A stretch of 59,850 bases of DNA from Octopus bimaculoides (Eukaryota), in NCBI RefSeq assembly GCF_001194135.2, contig NC_068986.1:51653906-51713755 (forward strand), written 5' to 3'. A program made the translations under genes and the position numbers. The notes below the pieces were generated by a model. The model was not told the origin of the DNA, ran no database searches, and was given only the letters and a program-made list of their open reading frames with translations. Shown piece after piece: positions 38,413 to 51,458 of the stretch; position 1 is the first letter of the stretch; every line of letters starts with the position of its first letter.

Positions 38413-38794
38413 TGAGCTACACAATGTCTTAGGAAATTGTATTGTTTTCTGAAACATTTGACTTGGGGCAATGTGAAGTGTTATGAAAGAATATCTCTAA
38501 ACTACATTTGTTGTCATACACTTGACACTGTTTTTACTCGGAAAGGGTTTTATCAATCATTTCATTCCTTATTGATCATGCTCTAGAAAGAGGTACATAA
38601 AACTGTTGGCAAAAAAAATATGGTGTATGTTAATGCTCTAAAAAAATCTCAAATTACTGTACTACATCCTTAATTTCATATCAGAGAAATATCAACATAA
38701 GGCTGGACTTGAACCCATAGTCCCTATGAATGAAGTGCTCCTCTACCAGTAATGGATTCTAAAATATCTATATATATATGTATGTATATATAAC

Positions 38795-38943
38795 TGTGGG
38801 GTGGTTGATGTTAGGAAGGGTATCCAGCTTTAAAAATCATGCCAAAACAGACACAATAGCTTGGTGTAGTCTTCTACATGGCCGGCTCCTGTCAAACCAT
38901 CTAACCCATGCCAGCATGGAAGGTGGATGCTAAGCAATGAGGA
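38795..38943 (+). mobile_element. Family A tail
   Basis: GTGGTTGATGTTAGGAAGGGTATCCAGCT..CCCATGCCAGCATGGAA. Confidence 0.8.
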
Positions 38944-39264
38944 TAATATGTATATATAGCACACATAAACTTTTAAGCATTTATTTATCACTCTATTATT
39001 CTTACAAATAATAAACAAGTTATTTCCTTCTGAAAATGTAACACACAAGCACACATGACAAGCAGAATAATAATATAGATTTGATCTGATTTTAGAAATG
39101 GTATATTTCTTTTCTATGTCAAGCTGAAATAATGACATAACTAAGTCTGACCATCTGTTTTTAAATTTTGAAATAGACGTAGTCCAAGATCTCAGAAGTC
39201 CAGATTGAATTTCTGATTTCTTGATATTTAAAAATATTGCCTTAATTGTGTTGTGTGTGTGTGT

Positions 39265-39304
<40 letters not shown>

Positions 39305-39989
39305 AAGGTGGGGGAGGGGAGATAAATAAGAAGCACTCAAATGTAAATTAAATATTTCCCTTATAAACTGCTTTTTTTTCTACAGACAGCTACAACCTAC
39401 GAAAAGAATGAACTTCACTAATTCATATACCATGCTCTAAGTCTTCAGTTCCACACCAGTGTGTAAAAGCTATACATTCAGCTATGGACCCAATAAGTGA
39501 TACCAGATGGTCACCCCCACCTGTTAGAACTAATAGTCAAATCTCTCCGATCATACTGCACCATGTTAGAAAGAAAGAAGAAAAATAAAAAGAAAGAAAA
39601 ATTTCATTACATTATGCAAAATACATTATTCTGCAGAAAGACAGATATTAACAGCTGGAACGTCTCAGGGTCTGCTTGATAGAAGTTGACCTAAAGCTAA
39701 ACAACAAAGTCACTTAAATACGATCATACAAGCTTTGATTTTGAATGTTTATAAGGAACAGAGCTTGGAGTTCTCTTGAGGGCACTGATTAATCACTAAC
39801 AGGAAAAAACTAAACAGACAGATTTTCTGCAGATGATAACTGCTTTCCTAATTACTGTTTGCATATTCTTGTCATGAAAATTCATTTCGAACATGACAGA
39901 TTCATGATGTGCAAACTTTGATGTAATTTAGAAAATGCTTACAATATCAATAATAGTTTTGTCTGGTCTGAGATATATTTACTTATTCT

Positions 39990-40165
39990 GATTTTTTTAT
40001 TCCTTTTAACTGGTTTAAGTGGTTGGACTGTGGCCATCTTGGTGCACAGCCTTACAGCATCAATACTTATTTTTCCTTGACTAGTTATTTTATTGACCTC
40101 AGAAAGATGAAAACCAAAGTTGAGCCAAGCAGGAATTGAACTCAGAACATAAAGGAGCATGACCA
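39990..40165 (-). mobile_element. Chimeric SINE: C head/core + B-type tail
   Basis: GGACTGTGGCCATCTTGGTGCACAGCC (B tail, reverse complement) joined to AAGATGAAAACCAAAGTTGAGCC..TGAACTCAGAAC (C core). Confidence 0.6.
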
Positions 40166-40499
40166 AATATATGATATGTTACTCACTACACTATCATTCT
40201 TCCACTTATCATTATAGAAGATACAGTGTAATGCTCAGGAAAGAGTGTCTGTGATGCTGCAGCCTGTCTTAGAAAAGAAAATTTGATCTGAAGATGTTAA
40301 TAACCAAACCTAATTGTATACCATATAACCACATGTGTTAGAAACTCCAGTATTAAATTATGTTTTACGTTGTGTGTTATTTGCAGTTAAGCTGGATTGA
40401 ATATGTGCTGTCAGGTGTGAAACATCAACTGAAGACCTATGAGGCTGAAAACTAATATGATCTGTTCAGTTATGTTGCTACAACTGTACCCATGCAACT

Positions 40500-40700
40500 G
40501 ACACTAAGAAAGGAGTCTCTAGGTGGTCACTAGACTTGCTAGAAAAAGCAGAAAAAATCTCCAAAAATCACACCCTACTTACTTAAGAAAAGAACAAAAG
40601 AAATGGAACGGCACATTAGATAATGAAGTATTGGGCACACAAAGAGACAAGATGGTCATTTTAAATAGGAGATTTTATGATCTTCCTTTACTAGATAGAA
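40500..40700 (+). mobile_element. Family H repeat
   Basis: GACTTGCTAGAAAAAGCAG..AAATCTCC..AAATCACACCCTACT. Confidence 0.7.
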
Positions 40701-41283
40701 GGATACAATTTAATGGAGATATGGCCACTGTTTCTAACAACTGAAGTCACTATGCAAAAGCTCTCTCATTGAGTAACTATAAAAAGGTTTACTATCTAGT
40801 ATATAATTAAATCAGTAGATAATACATAACAATTCCAATACAAAAATGAGAAATAGGAAGTTGGAATTAAGAAATAAGTTATATATATATATTTCCTGTT
40901 ACACTAAGAAGTGGTGTATGGTACAAGAATTTTAGACTTGAGTCAAATATAATAAACTACACCAAATCATCGTTAGAGTATCTGTGTAAGTGGAGTCAGG
41001 GCTGGCTAGTTTGTACTGGCATTGAGTCAATATAAGTTGTAATAATGAAATGAAACTAAATAGTGATATGTTGAAATCATTTAATATGTATGTTTCGGGT
41101 CCATATAAGAGGAAATGCTTCAATTACATAAGAAATTCCTCAGTTAAAATTTCAGAATGTTTTGAAACATCAATTGAGAAAGATCTTATGTAATGGATGC
41201 ATTTCCTCTTATATATTACAGACCTGAAATGTATGTATTAAGTGATTTCTTTAGTTTAACTTCATTATTATAATTTCCATCCA

Positions 41284-41367
<84 letters not shown>

Positions 41368-41741
41368 NNNNNNNNNNNNNNNNNNNNNNNNNNNNNNNNN
41401 NNNNNNNNNNNNNNNNNNNNNNNNNNNNNNNNNNNNNNNNNNNNNNNNNNNNNNNNNNNNNNNNNNNNNNNNNNNNNNNNNNNNNNNNNNNNNNNNNNNN
41501 NNNNNNNNNNNNNNNNNNNNNNNNNNNNNNNNNNNNNNNNNNNNNNNNNNNNNNNNNNNNNNNNNNNNNNNNNNNNNNNNNNNNNNNNNNNNNNNNNNNN
41601 NNNNNNNNNNNNNNNNNNNNNNNNNNNNNNNNNNNNNNNNNNNNNNNNNNNNNNNNNNNNNNNNNNNNNNNNNNNNNNNNNNNNNNNNNNNNNNNNNNNN
41701 NNNNNNNNNNNNNNNNNNNNNNNNNNNNNNNNNNNNNNNNN
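41368..41741. other. Assembly gap (N) inside a (TG)n(TA)n microsatellite
   Basis: N run. Confidence 1.
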
Positions 41742-41905
41742 ATATTTATATATATATCTTTGCTACATTTTTATTTAGGTTATAACCAACTTATCAACTT
41801 TACACAACAAAAACCAAACAACAATAGTTTAGTGTAACAACTGAATTACACAGAGTATGCTATGACCTACATGGATCAATGGAGATGTGTGCATGTGTGT
41901 CTATC

Positions 41906-41949
<44 letters not shown>

Positions 41950-42271
41950 TGCGTGCATAATTAAATTGCAGGATTGTACATGTTTTACGATATGTTATCA
42001 GATTGTTCTTTGGTATTCTATTGATTTAAAAATAAAATAGAAAATCTTTAAAGTTAACAAGTTATATTTAACAGCAGTTTCTTCAATACTGTATTGCTGG
42101 TGTCATTACTGAAGTAATTTTGACTGACTGAGGAGACGTAGAGTGTAAGTAAGATGAATGTGAAAACTAATTCAGTTCCTGGTTGCAGCCATTTACTTTT
42201 ATTTATTCATGTCTCTCATTCCCTTGAAAGAAATGACATAAACATCACTGTCAATTCATTTCTATCCTAAG

Positions 42272-42650
42272 CACAGGCGGGGCTCTGTGGTTAAGAAAAG
42301 AAGCTCACTTTGCAACCATGCGGCTTCGGGTTCAATCCCATTGCATGACACCTTAGGCAAGTTTTTCTTCTATTTTAGCGCTGGGGCAATTAATAAATTG
42401 CGAGTGAATTCAGTCGACAGAAACTGTGTGGAAGCCCATGTGTTTACATCTGCCTTTCTGTCTGTTTGTCACTGCCCATCAGAACTTAACAGGTGTTGGT
42501 TTTGTTTAAGCTAGCAGTTTGGCAATAGAATAAGTACCAGACTAAAAAGGAAACAAAAAAAACCTAAGTCCAAGGGTCGATGTATTCAACTAAAACCCTT
42601 CAGAGTGGTGCCCCAGCATGGCCATAAATAAATGATAAAATGTAAAAGAC
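42272..42650 (+). mobile_element. Family B SINE
   Basis: Head and tail present, short middle. Confidence 0.85.
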
Positions 42651-43065
42651 CCTATATATTACAGAGTTTGGGATATTACATAAGCCTTATGTGTTGCAAT
42701 TACAGAATTATGTAATACACAAATTCTTAATGTATTAATATCATTACACTAAATCATTAGTATTCAGTTTACTACTTAGCTTACTGCTCTCCATTAATTA
42801 ACTGATGATGTAACACTAAATTAAGATTTGGCTTCACCCTTTCAGTTTTGGAATCTAATGTATTGTCTCAGTTTTTCAATAAACATTAACTCTAAATGGC
42901 TAAAAGTCAGGAAGAAATTTGTCTTGTCAAATATGCTTTTCTGATACTGGTTTTTCATATATACAAAGTCAGAGCAGTTACCTTAATTTAATATTTTATT
43001 ATTGATATGTGGTGCATTGATGTACTTGAGAAGACATGCCCATCACAACAGAATTGAGATCCTAA

Positions 43066-43300
43066 AACCAAGGTGCCACATAAAAAGTATTGGTGTGGAT
43101 ATTAGTGCCACGTAAAAAGCATTGGTGCTCGTGCCATGTAAAAAGCACTGAGTGCACTGTAAAGTGGTTGGCATTAGGAAGGGCATCCAGCCATAGAAAC
43201 CAAGCCAAAACACTGTGGAACCTGGTGCAGGCCCTGACCTTGTCAGTTCCTGTCAAGCTGTCCAACCTATGGTAAACAAACATTAAATGTTGATGATGAT
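43066..43300 (+). mobile_element. Family A retroposon with three short (~30-bp) units
   Basis: GTGCCA(C/T)RTAAAAAG x3, then the shared tail. Confidence 0.85.
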
Positions 43301-43902
43301 ATAACAAAATCCATCACACCTGCCTCAAATTAATGTGATACCAGGCTGCTTGATAAAACGGTCCATAGCTTATCGCTACTGATGTATTGTGTTATGGTTA
43401 AGACACTTAGTGTATTCACTTTCTCATTCTTTCTCACATATTCTTCTCACTAGCAGCATTAATGAGAATTGAACCCATTGGATATCATGCTGGAATAACA
43501 ACCCATCCATTATCAACTATAAAAGATTCATCAGGTTTTCAAATAGAACACCAACCACACCATCCCTACCTGTTTCAATGATTCTGCAACAGTCAGAAAA
43601 GAAAAAAAAAACAAAGTTTGCATGTTTCATTTCATTGCTATATCCTCTTAGAATGTTACCTGGAAGTAGTGTTCCATTTATGAGGTGTTATATATTATGT
43701 GTGCTAACTCCAGCAAATAAGGAATATTAGCCTATTGCCAATTCTGAGGCCCTTGAAGGCTAATGAGACAATCTCTCAGAATGGTTAATTTTCAATAAAT
43801 ATTTTCAGAATCTAACCCTTTTTACTCATCAAGCTGCTTGCATTTTCAAAATTACAACTAATTACACTGTTGTTATTTCTTTTTCACTAATTATTATATG
43901 TG

Positions 43903-44275
43903 CAGGCATGGCTGTGTGGTTAAGAACCTGGCTTTGCAGCAACATGGATTTGGGTTCAGTCCCACTTCATGATACTATGAGCAAATGTCTTCTACTGTAG
44001 CCCCTGGCCAACCTATGCCTTGCGAGTGAATTTAGTAGATGGAAATTGTTGTGTGTGTGTGTGTGTGTGTGTATGTGAGTGAGTGTCTGTATTTATCCTC
44101 CTCCACTTGACAACCAATGTTGGTTTGCTTATGTCTCTGTAATCAAGCAATTCAGTAAAAGTGGCCACTACAATAAGTGTTAGGCTTTGAAAACAAAAAG
44201 TACTGGGGTTGATATGTTCAGTAAAACCCTCCAAAGTGGTACCCCCAGCATGGCTGAAGCAAGAAAAAGACAAAG
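43903..44275 (+). mobile_element. Family B SINE
   Basis: GCAGGCATGGCTGTGTGGTTAAG head, (TG)n, tail. Confidence 0.85.
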
Positions 44276-45767
44276 ATATCCAAACTACAAACAAGTAGAA
44301 ACTGATTTAGAATTTAACCCCCCTTTTTTTTTTTTTACTGCACCTAACTACACAGTCATTGTGCTTCTTACAAGTTACAAACTTATGAAAACTGGCAATA
44401 AAGGAATTAGTCAACAAGACTGAAATTACTTCCTAAATTGCTTCACTGACGTCGTTTCAAGTTAAATAATGCTAGCTGAAGAATTAAGGAAATACATAAG
44501 ATTGCAAATCAGAAAAAGCACACTTGTCTCAATTTTGTATTATTCACTAGTTAATTAATAGAGTAACAACATAGGCAATAAATTGAGTACTAATTGTTTG
44601 ACATAATAAGGTTAGCATTTCATTAAGTGTTCAAGTTTCATCAAATCTTGCAGCTATTGTGTAAATACTTAAAAAGAGAAAGAAAAACCAATAATTACAA
44701 AAATCTCTAAGCAACATTAAAAATGCAATATGGTGCCTTTTGTAATCATCAGACTTGGAACATTTTTCTCATATCTTTTTTTATATTTTCTCCTTTTTTT
44801 TTTTTCTGGTGCAAAGCAAATTTTAAAATTCTCTTTGAACCATATTGATCAATCAAAGACAAGTTAGCTTTCAATAGGTAAATTCATTAGACATTCTTTT
44901 TAAGTGAGTATTTTTTTTTTAATGTTATCAACGCTGTGAACAAATGGCTAACATACTAGCTATTTGCAAGTCATTTTTCTTATTTTAGGGACCCACTTGT
45001 GCTCCACAGTAAAGTTGATGTGAGACTGAAACTGATAGCTAAATTTCTTAGTTGTAAAAAAAAAAAAAAATAAATAAAATGGAAAGTAAAAACACTCAGT
45101 TCAGTAATTAGATAAAATCTATTCAACTCAGAATCATTATTTTCCAGCTCCAACAAAAAAGAAAACCAGAAAAAAGTTTTTTTTTAGTGAAGGAAAAACC
45201 TCATTTTTTTTTCTTTTTGTCTTTTTATATTTCTTTCATATATTTTTCTTGAAACTGTATATCCTAGCTGATAAAGCCTTAATTAAACAGAATAATTTAT
45301 ATCACACTGCAAGAAACCCTGCTGTTCTTGCTATTGTTACAAGCAGTTTTATGGAAATATAAAACTGAAATACTGAGGACTGATGACCTTGAAATATTGT
45401 ACTTACTGCTGCTGCTGCTGCTACTGCTGCTACTACTACTACTACTACCGCCATTGTGGAAGATAGGCAGAAGCATTATAAGGTCTAGCTTTACAGTATT
45501 TCATCTAGCTCCTTATATTCTGAGTAGAACTCCCACAAAGGTCAACTTTATCTTTCATCCCAATGGGGGTCAATAAAAAAAAAAACAAGTTCTAAGGCCA
45601 GTCAAGTCAAGGGGCTAACCTGGTGTTAGACAGCAGCAACATAACAGCAAGTCGAAAGTATCACTTTTGTGTTTTGCATATTCTTTGGAACATTTTCTCA
45701 GGAGGAATTATGTGCAATTAGATGACATGACTTTCTTGTTGAAGACAGGTATCCATATTGCAAATGT

Positions 45768-46012
45768 TGTTGACACTCCGTCGCTTATGACGTCGAGGGT
45801 TCCAGTTGATCCGATCAATGGAATAGCCTGCTCGTGAAATTAATGTGCAAGTAGCTGAGCACTCCACAGACACGTCTACCCATAACGTAGTTCTCGGGGA
45901 GATTCAGGTGTTTTCGCTCAATAAACACTCACAACGCCCAGTCTGGGAATCGAAACTGCGATTCTATGACCGCGAGTCCGCTGCCCTAACCACTGGGCCA
46001 TTGCGCCTCCAC
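45768..46012 (-). mobile_element. tRNA-derived SINE (G-related), CpG-rich and probably young
   Basis: Minus strand has A box TGGCCCAGTGG and B box GTTTCGATTCC; ends GACGGAGTGTCAACAAC. Confidence 0.85.
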
Positions 46013-47544
46013 TTATTGCAAATGATAAACTACCAAACCCACCTCAGTAAGAGTTGAACTTGATCATTTGAACTAAATGCTGAAATGCACCGTGTTTGGA
46101 TTTGGTCAACCCCTCCCAGCTTCAAAATAAATTAGAAATAATATTGTTGCCGAAAAAAAAAAAAATGTAAAAGCAAACAAGCTCTGTGCAGAGATTAAAA
46201 AAAAAAAAAAAGGTGCTCCACTTGAAACCATCATCATACACGGAAAGGCAATAGCAACGAGGAATGTTTGAGTAGCATTGCTAAAGTGTGAACGGATGTC
46301 TGCTGTTAATAAGCAGGCTGTAGTTGAAAAGCTGTAAAAACATCTTATTAATAAGCTAGAAGCTAAATCTCAGGTCTATACTCAGGTGGAAATCACTTCG
46401 ATAAGATAACAAGTTTACCCTCAACTACTTCAGATATTCATTTAGGAGGAAATAAAAAGCCAACAATAAAGAATGATGAGCCTGTTTCTAGACCACACCT
46501 ACAGGTCAGGTAAGTTAAACAGTGATATGCTGACGAGGTTAAACTAGCTTTCCATACCATAAGAAATTAACATTCTAAATGTCTGCTCATGTAATAGTGG
46601 CTAATGCACCAATAGAATTATTTCCAGAAGAAAAAAACAAACAAGAAAACAATGTAATAATAAATATTCCAAGAATCTATTCAATTGAAAATAGATATAT
46701 AAAAATATTAACATGTCTATCACATTGAAAACATAACATGATAATATAATTTAATGTGAAATATTTAGAAATAATGTATGAACGAAATTAAAGGAAAATA
46801 AATCAAATTAAAATACAAATGAGAATGAAAACAAACAAAAATAACTGAAAATAAATAACTGCAATTGAGTTGTGTATTAGCTAAAGATGAAAATAACTCT
46901 CTCTCTCCCTCCCTATATATATATATATATATCTGCAGTACTTACTGCAATATATTGTGGAAGAGATGTAAGTGAATTCTTGTGATACTTTATTAAACAG
47001 ATAAAGTTATACATAAACTGAAGAAAGGATAAAAAAAAAAAAGAAAAAAATTAATTTTGCAATCAGTCTTAAGATAGAGAAAGAATTCAGCACAGTTAAA
47101 AGAACACTTGAGAGTAGGTGATATTAGTACACTGTATATAGAACAAAAAAAAAAACAAATAAAAAAACAAAAAAAAAAACACAGAACTGGAATCTACTTT
47201 TTCTTTGCACAAAGGTCTTCATGGCAAGTATGTATATCTTTATAAAAGCAGTGAAGCCACATATCACAAACAAAACCATGATCTTTACATCTTATACCAT
47301 AGAAAATATCAGATACATTTTGGAATTTGATCCTACGACAAAGACTGAATAATTATGATCAATTGTAAACTGATTGTTAAGAAATAAAAAAAAAAAGAAG
47401 AAAAAAGTAAACTGAATTATGAGCATAAATAACGTAGGAAAGTTAGATACCGTAGATACTGACAATAAATGCTTCTCAATGTGGACCATATCACCTTTTC
47501 CTCACCTTACCCATTAGAGGAACACAGTGGAAAAATTTATATGG

Positions 47545-47770
47545 GAACTGAGGCCAAAGTGTTTAAAAAGTCACTCATGATCGTAAGATGGTGATTTCGA
47601 TTCCTGGACCAAGCAACACGTATTCTTGAGCAAAACACTTCATTTCATGTTGCTCCAGTCTGCTCAGACTGCAAAAATGAGTAATCCTGCAATAGACTGG
47701 CATCCTGTCCAGGTGGGGAATATGTACACCATGGAAACTGGCCCTATGAGTTTATATGACACAAGAAGGA
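47545..47770 (+). mobile_element. Family G SINE
   Basis: GATTTCGATTCCTGG..TTCTTGAGCAAAACACTTCATTTCATGTTGCTCCAGTC. Confidence 0.8.
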
Positions 47771-49568
47771 ACTTCACTACTTACTGAGGCCAGAGGAAGT
47801 AATAAGGAGATCATGAAATGATTCTTGTTGTTGCTTCTCCTCTCACTTCTCTTTTAATTGTCAAAATTTTGAGGTATTTCCAAACATGCAATAAAGAAGG
47901 TCACTTGTACCTGTAGCACTAGGTAATTTCCTGTCTTGTGTGTAGCTATATATAAATGTATATGTGGTGTATTCAGTTGTGTTGAATCGTAGCTAGGGAG
48001 CAGAGAAAGTGTTTGTAAAAGAAAGAGGGTAATAGTTTTAAAAGTTTGAGAAGTGCTGCAATAATAGAAGACTGAATGTAGTATAATTCTAGAACAAATG
48101 ATAGAATGTCTGCTAAGATGTAATATTAGACCTTCTTAATATGAATTAGAGTAATTGTTATATTTATCAAAAATCATAATTGTAGTAATTATTGATAGCT
48201 GTTGGCTGTCTAGAAACCTCTATTATCTTTTCATCTATCAAAAGCTCAACAAAAGGGCTTCTTATTTCACAGAACAATATTTCGAGTATAAAAATAAAGA
48301 TGAAATTAAAAAAAAAGAAAGAAAATTAAATGGACCAATTAAAAAATTAAATGGAGGAAATTTAGAATTAATCTGCTTCTGTTGCCCCAAAACAACCCAT
48401 TTATGAATCAGGGACAATGTGATTCCATTTGCAGAGTACTGTCTACAAGCAGATAACTCTAACAAACACTGCAATACAGTAAACAGTATCGAACATGTAT
48501 GATAAGTTAATAGGATAATTACAAGTGGTTTACCCTACAAATAAGGTAGACTGCAAATGAAAATCAGAGTGAGGGCCAAAAAGAACTTGGAATGGAAACA
48601 AAGGTTACTGGGCAGGAACAAAAAGCAATAAAGAAAACAAACCTAACTTTGCTAAACACACAAAAACAGACTGCCAAGTATCATTTGTTTTATTTGTATG
48701 CATAATGTTGTATTAATGAGAGGATTTATAAACAATGAAGTGAAACAAGTGAACAAAATGATCATCAATTATTTGTAGGCAGCTGAAGTAAGGCAGCAAA
48801 AGTTGAGTGCTTTTGCCATAGAGACAATATGGAATGAGTAGCCTGGTAGTACCTTTTTTGTCAGTAATGATTATAGCATCAATGACTGTGTACGAACTGT
48901 TAACTGTGATTTCCTATCCAACTGCATTAGTCATTCATAAGACATAGTTGCTTTAGGAGAACACTGTAGGCTATCAACAGAGCCACATATGACTCAGTTC
49001 TTAGATTTAAGACACTTGTGCACCACACCTTATGACTCTCAAGTTTATGGCTTGGAACTCAGAATATGTCATGTGCACTGAAATACATACACTAATAGCA
49101 ATATTTTTTTATCTGTCACAAAAGTTAAGACAAAAAAAGCAAAATGCTTAATATATGATGCAGCTTAACAAACCACTCCATAATGTATTTATTTATACTG
49201 ACAAAGCTAGTTGGTAGAGTTAGTGATGTAATAATAATAAAAAGCAGATATTAATTACAATGATAAAGATCCAGTCAAAATCTTATAGTTAATGTTTCCT
49301 ATAAAAGAATTGCATTAACTCAATACTGTAATTCAGCTATTCATTAAAACAGGTTTTCTTCTTTGTCAGAAGTTAATAGACTGTATCTTTCTCTAAAAGT
49401 AAGCACTCAAAAGCTTTTACATAATATAAGGCTAACTTCACTAATTAAAATCCTATTTCAACAATGAAATATATACCTAATATATTTAACTAATTGTTTG
49501 TGTTAATGTTCCAGTAAAAGCTTTCAGTTATAAATAGCTGTTAAAGATAACAAATTTTCTATTTTAAG

Positions 49569-49801
49569 AAACTGAAAGCTAACCTTGTAAGGAAGGCGGA
49601 GAATCCAAAGAACCTAACTGACACATGGCTTATCAAAACAGTTACCAGCATGACAGCACAATTAATTTTGGATTTATCCCGAAGGAGTTTCTCCAAGACA
49701 GAATGGAAATCTAATAGGACTAAGGAAGTGAGCTTCACAAAGAAAGTAAGCCTGGATGTGTACATCTTGTCCTACAACAAATCACAGGGTAAATTTGTTT
49801 A
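49569..49801. other. GC-elevated island with stop-free frames on both strands; exon or TE remnant, unresolved
   Basis: + frame KLKANLV..YNKSQGKFV is open; - ORF 49559-49765; splice-like sites on both strands. Confidence 0.3.
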
Positions 49802-50024
49802 AGATAAAAATAGCTCTATATATTTATCTGCGATACTTTCTATAATAGATTGTGAAAAGGATTTGTAAGAAGATCCTGGTGTTTATTACACATACGAGGT
49901 TGTACATAAACTGAAGGGGAAAAAAAAGAAGTTTTTGATCAGACTCAAGATATAGAAAGAATTCAACTGAGTTATAAAAACACTTTAGTTTAAATACTAA
50001 TAGTACACTATACAATAATGATTC

Positions 50025-50215
50025 TTTCTACTATGGGCACAAGACCTGAAATTTTGGAGAAAGGGTCTAGTCAGCTGCATCAACTCTAGTGCTCAATTGG
50101 TACTTATTTCATTATAGTCTAAAAAGATGAAAGGCAACACTGACTTCAGCAGAATTTGAACTCAGAACATGAAAATGGATGGAATACAGCTAAGCATTTT
50201 GTCCAGTATGCCAAA
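50025..50215 (-). mobile_element. Family C SINE
   Basis: AAGATGAAAGGCAACACTGACTTCAGCAGAATTTGAACTCAGAAC. Confidence 0.85.
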
Positions 50216-50394
50216 CATCAAAACAAACTAAACTGGAATGGCTACAACTTGCCAACAGTAAACCAGAGTACTTTTATAAAGTTGATTCCACTAAGATGAC
50301 AGGATGATTATCATCAGTAATTAGAATGACTGGAAGAAAATCAGTAAATAATGGCAAGGACAATCTATAGGAAAGTTAGAAAGAAGATGAAGCA

Positions 50395-51020
50395 ACAAGT
50401 ACCAACCTGCTAAAAGTAGCTGCCAAATCTCCCTTAAATCACATCTTACTGTCTTAAAAATGAGTTCATGTTTAATAATGTAATTCTAAATACACTTTTA
50501 TCACTTACTTGTTTCAGTCATTGGACTGCAACCATGCTGAGACACTGTCTTGATGGGTTTTAGTCAAATTGATCCCCAAACTCTGGTACTTATTCTATCA
50601 GTATATTTTGCTAAGATACTGATACAGGGACATCAACAAACTGATACAAGTTGTCAAGCAGTGTGTGTGGAGAGGTGGAACAAACAGAGACAAACACAAA
50701 CACGTTCAGTGATGATTGCAGTGACATGAAACTCAAGTCATGAGAAAAGCTCTCAGCTTCAGTTTGAATAAAATATGCCTACTAAATTCACTCACAAAGC
50801 ATTGATCAGCCCAAGGCTATAGCAGAAAATGCATGCCCAAAGTACCCTGCAATGATATTGAACCCTAAATCACATGATTGCAAAGTGAGTTTCTTAACAA
50901 CAAAGTCATGCTTGTGTCAAGCAAGAAAACGAGAAATGATGATGTCAGGGTAATCTTTGCTGGAATACTTTTAATACAAGCATGTTCTGTTGGAGTTAAC
51001 CAGGAGCTAAACAACAACAA
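50395..51020 (+). mobile_element. Family H repeat split by a nested family B SINE (50505-50912, minus)
   Basis: H 5' half at 50395-50495 and H 3' half at 50915-51020, ending (AAC)n. Confidence 0.75.
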
Positions 51021-51458
51021 CAGCCACATATATATACCCAAACACACATACATACACATAGAAATGTACAACAAAACATGCCCAAGAAATGCTTGAATTA
51101 ACAACTTTGACAGTTATGGGATATGGAAATAATCTCTCAAATTCTTTATCAAAGTATGTAGCAACACAATAAATAATTAATCTGGCAGACTTTACTGAAA
51201 ATAAAAATGAATTTGCCTGTTTGAACTGGAGAAAATTCCAAACAAGGAACTATGGACTATATGTCAATATTTGATTTTCAATTCAAAGATATTATATCAG
51301 TTCTTTTTTCTTTTTTTTTTAATGATGCTTTTATATTTCTATCTGCAAACAATGTTATACAATAGAAACGGTATCTTATTAGTATAATAATATATACACA
51401 AATCCAGTGTTTACTATTTACTGTGCATTAAGTGGTTCCAGCAATGAATTTTCATAAC

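Noticed and set aside
45640-45682. Partial miR-153-like sequence (TCACTTTTGTG..TTGCA)
   Set aside because: No matching second arm. I also saw no full match to the conserved bilaterian miRNAs I can recall anywhere in the window (by-eye check only).
45945-46010. tRNA gene
   Set aside because: A/B boxes are present but there is no complete cloverleaf, and it continues into a SINE body.
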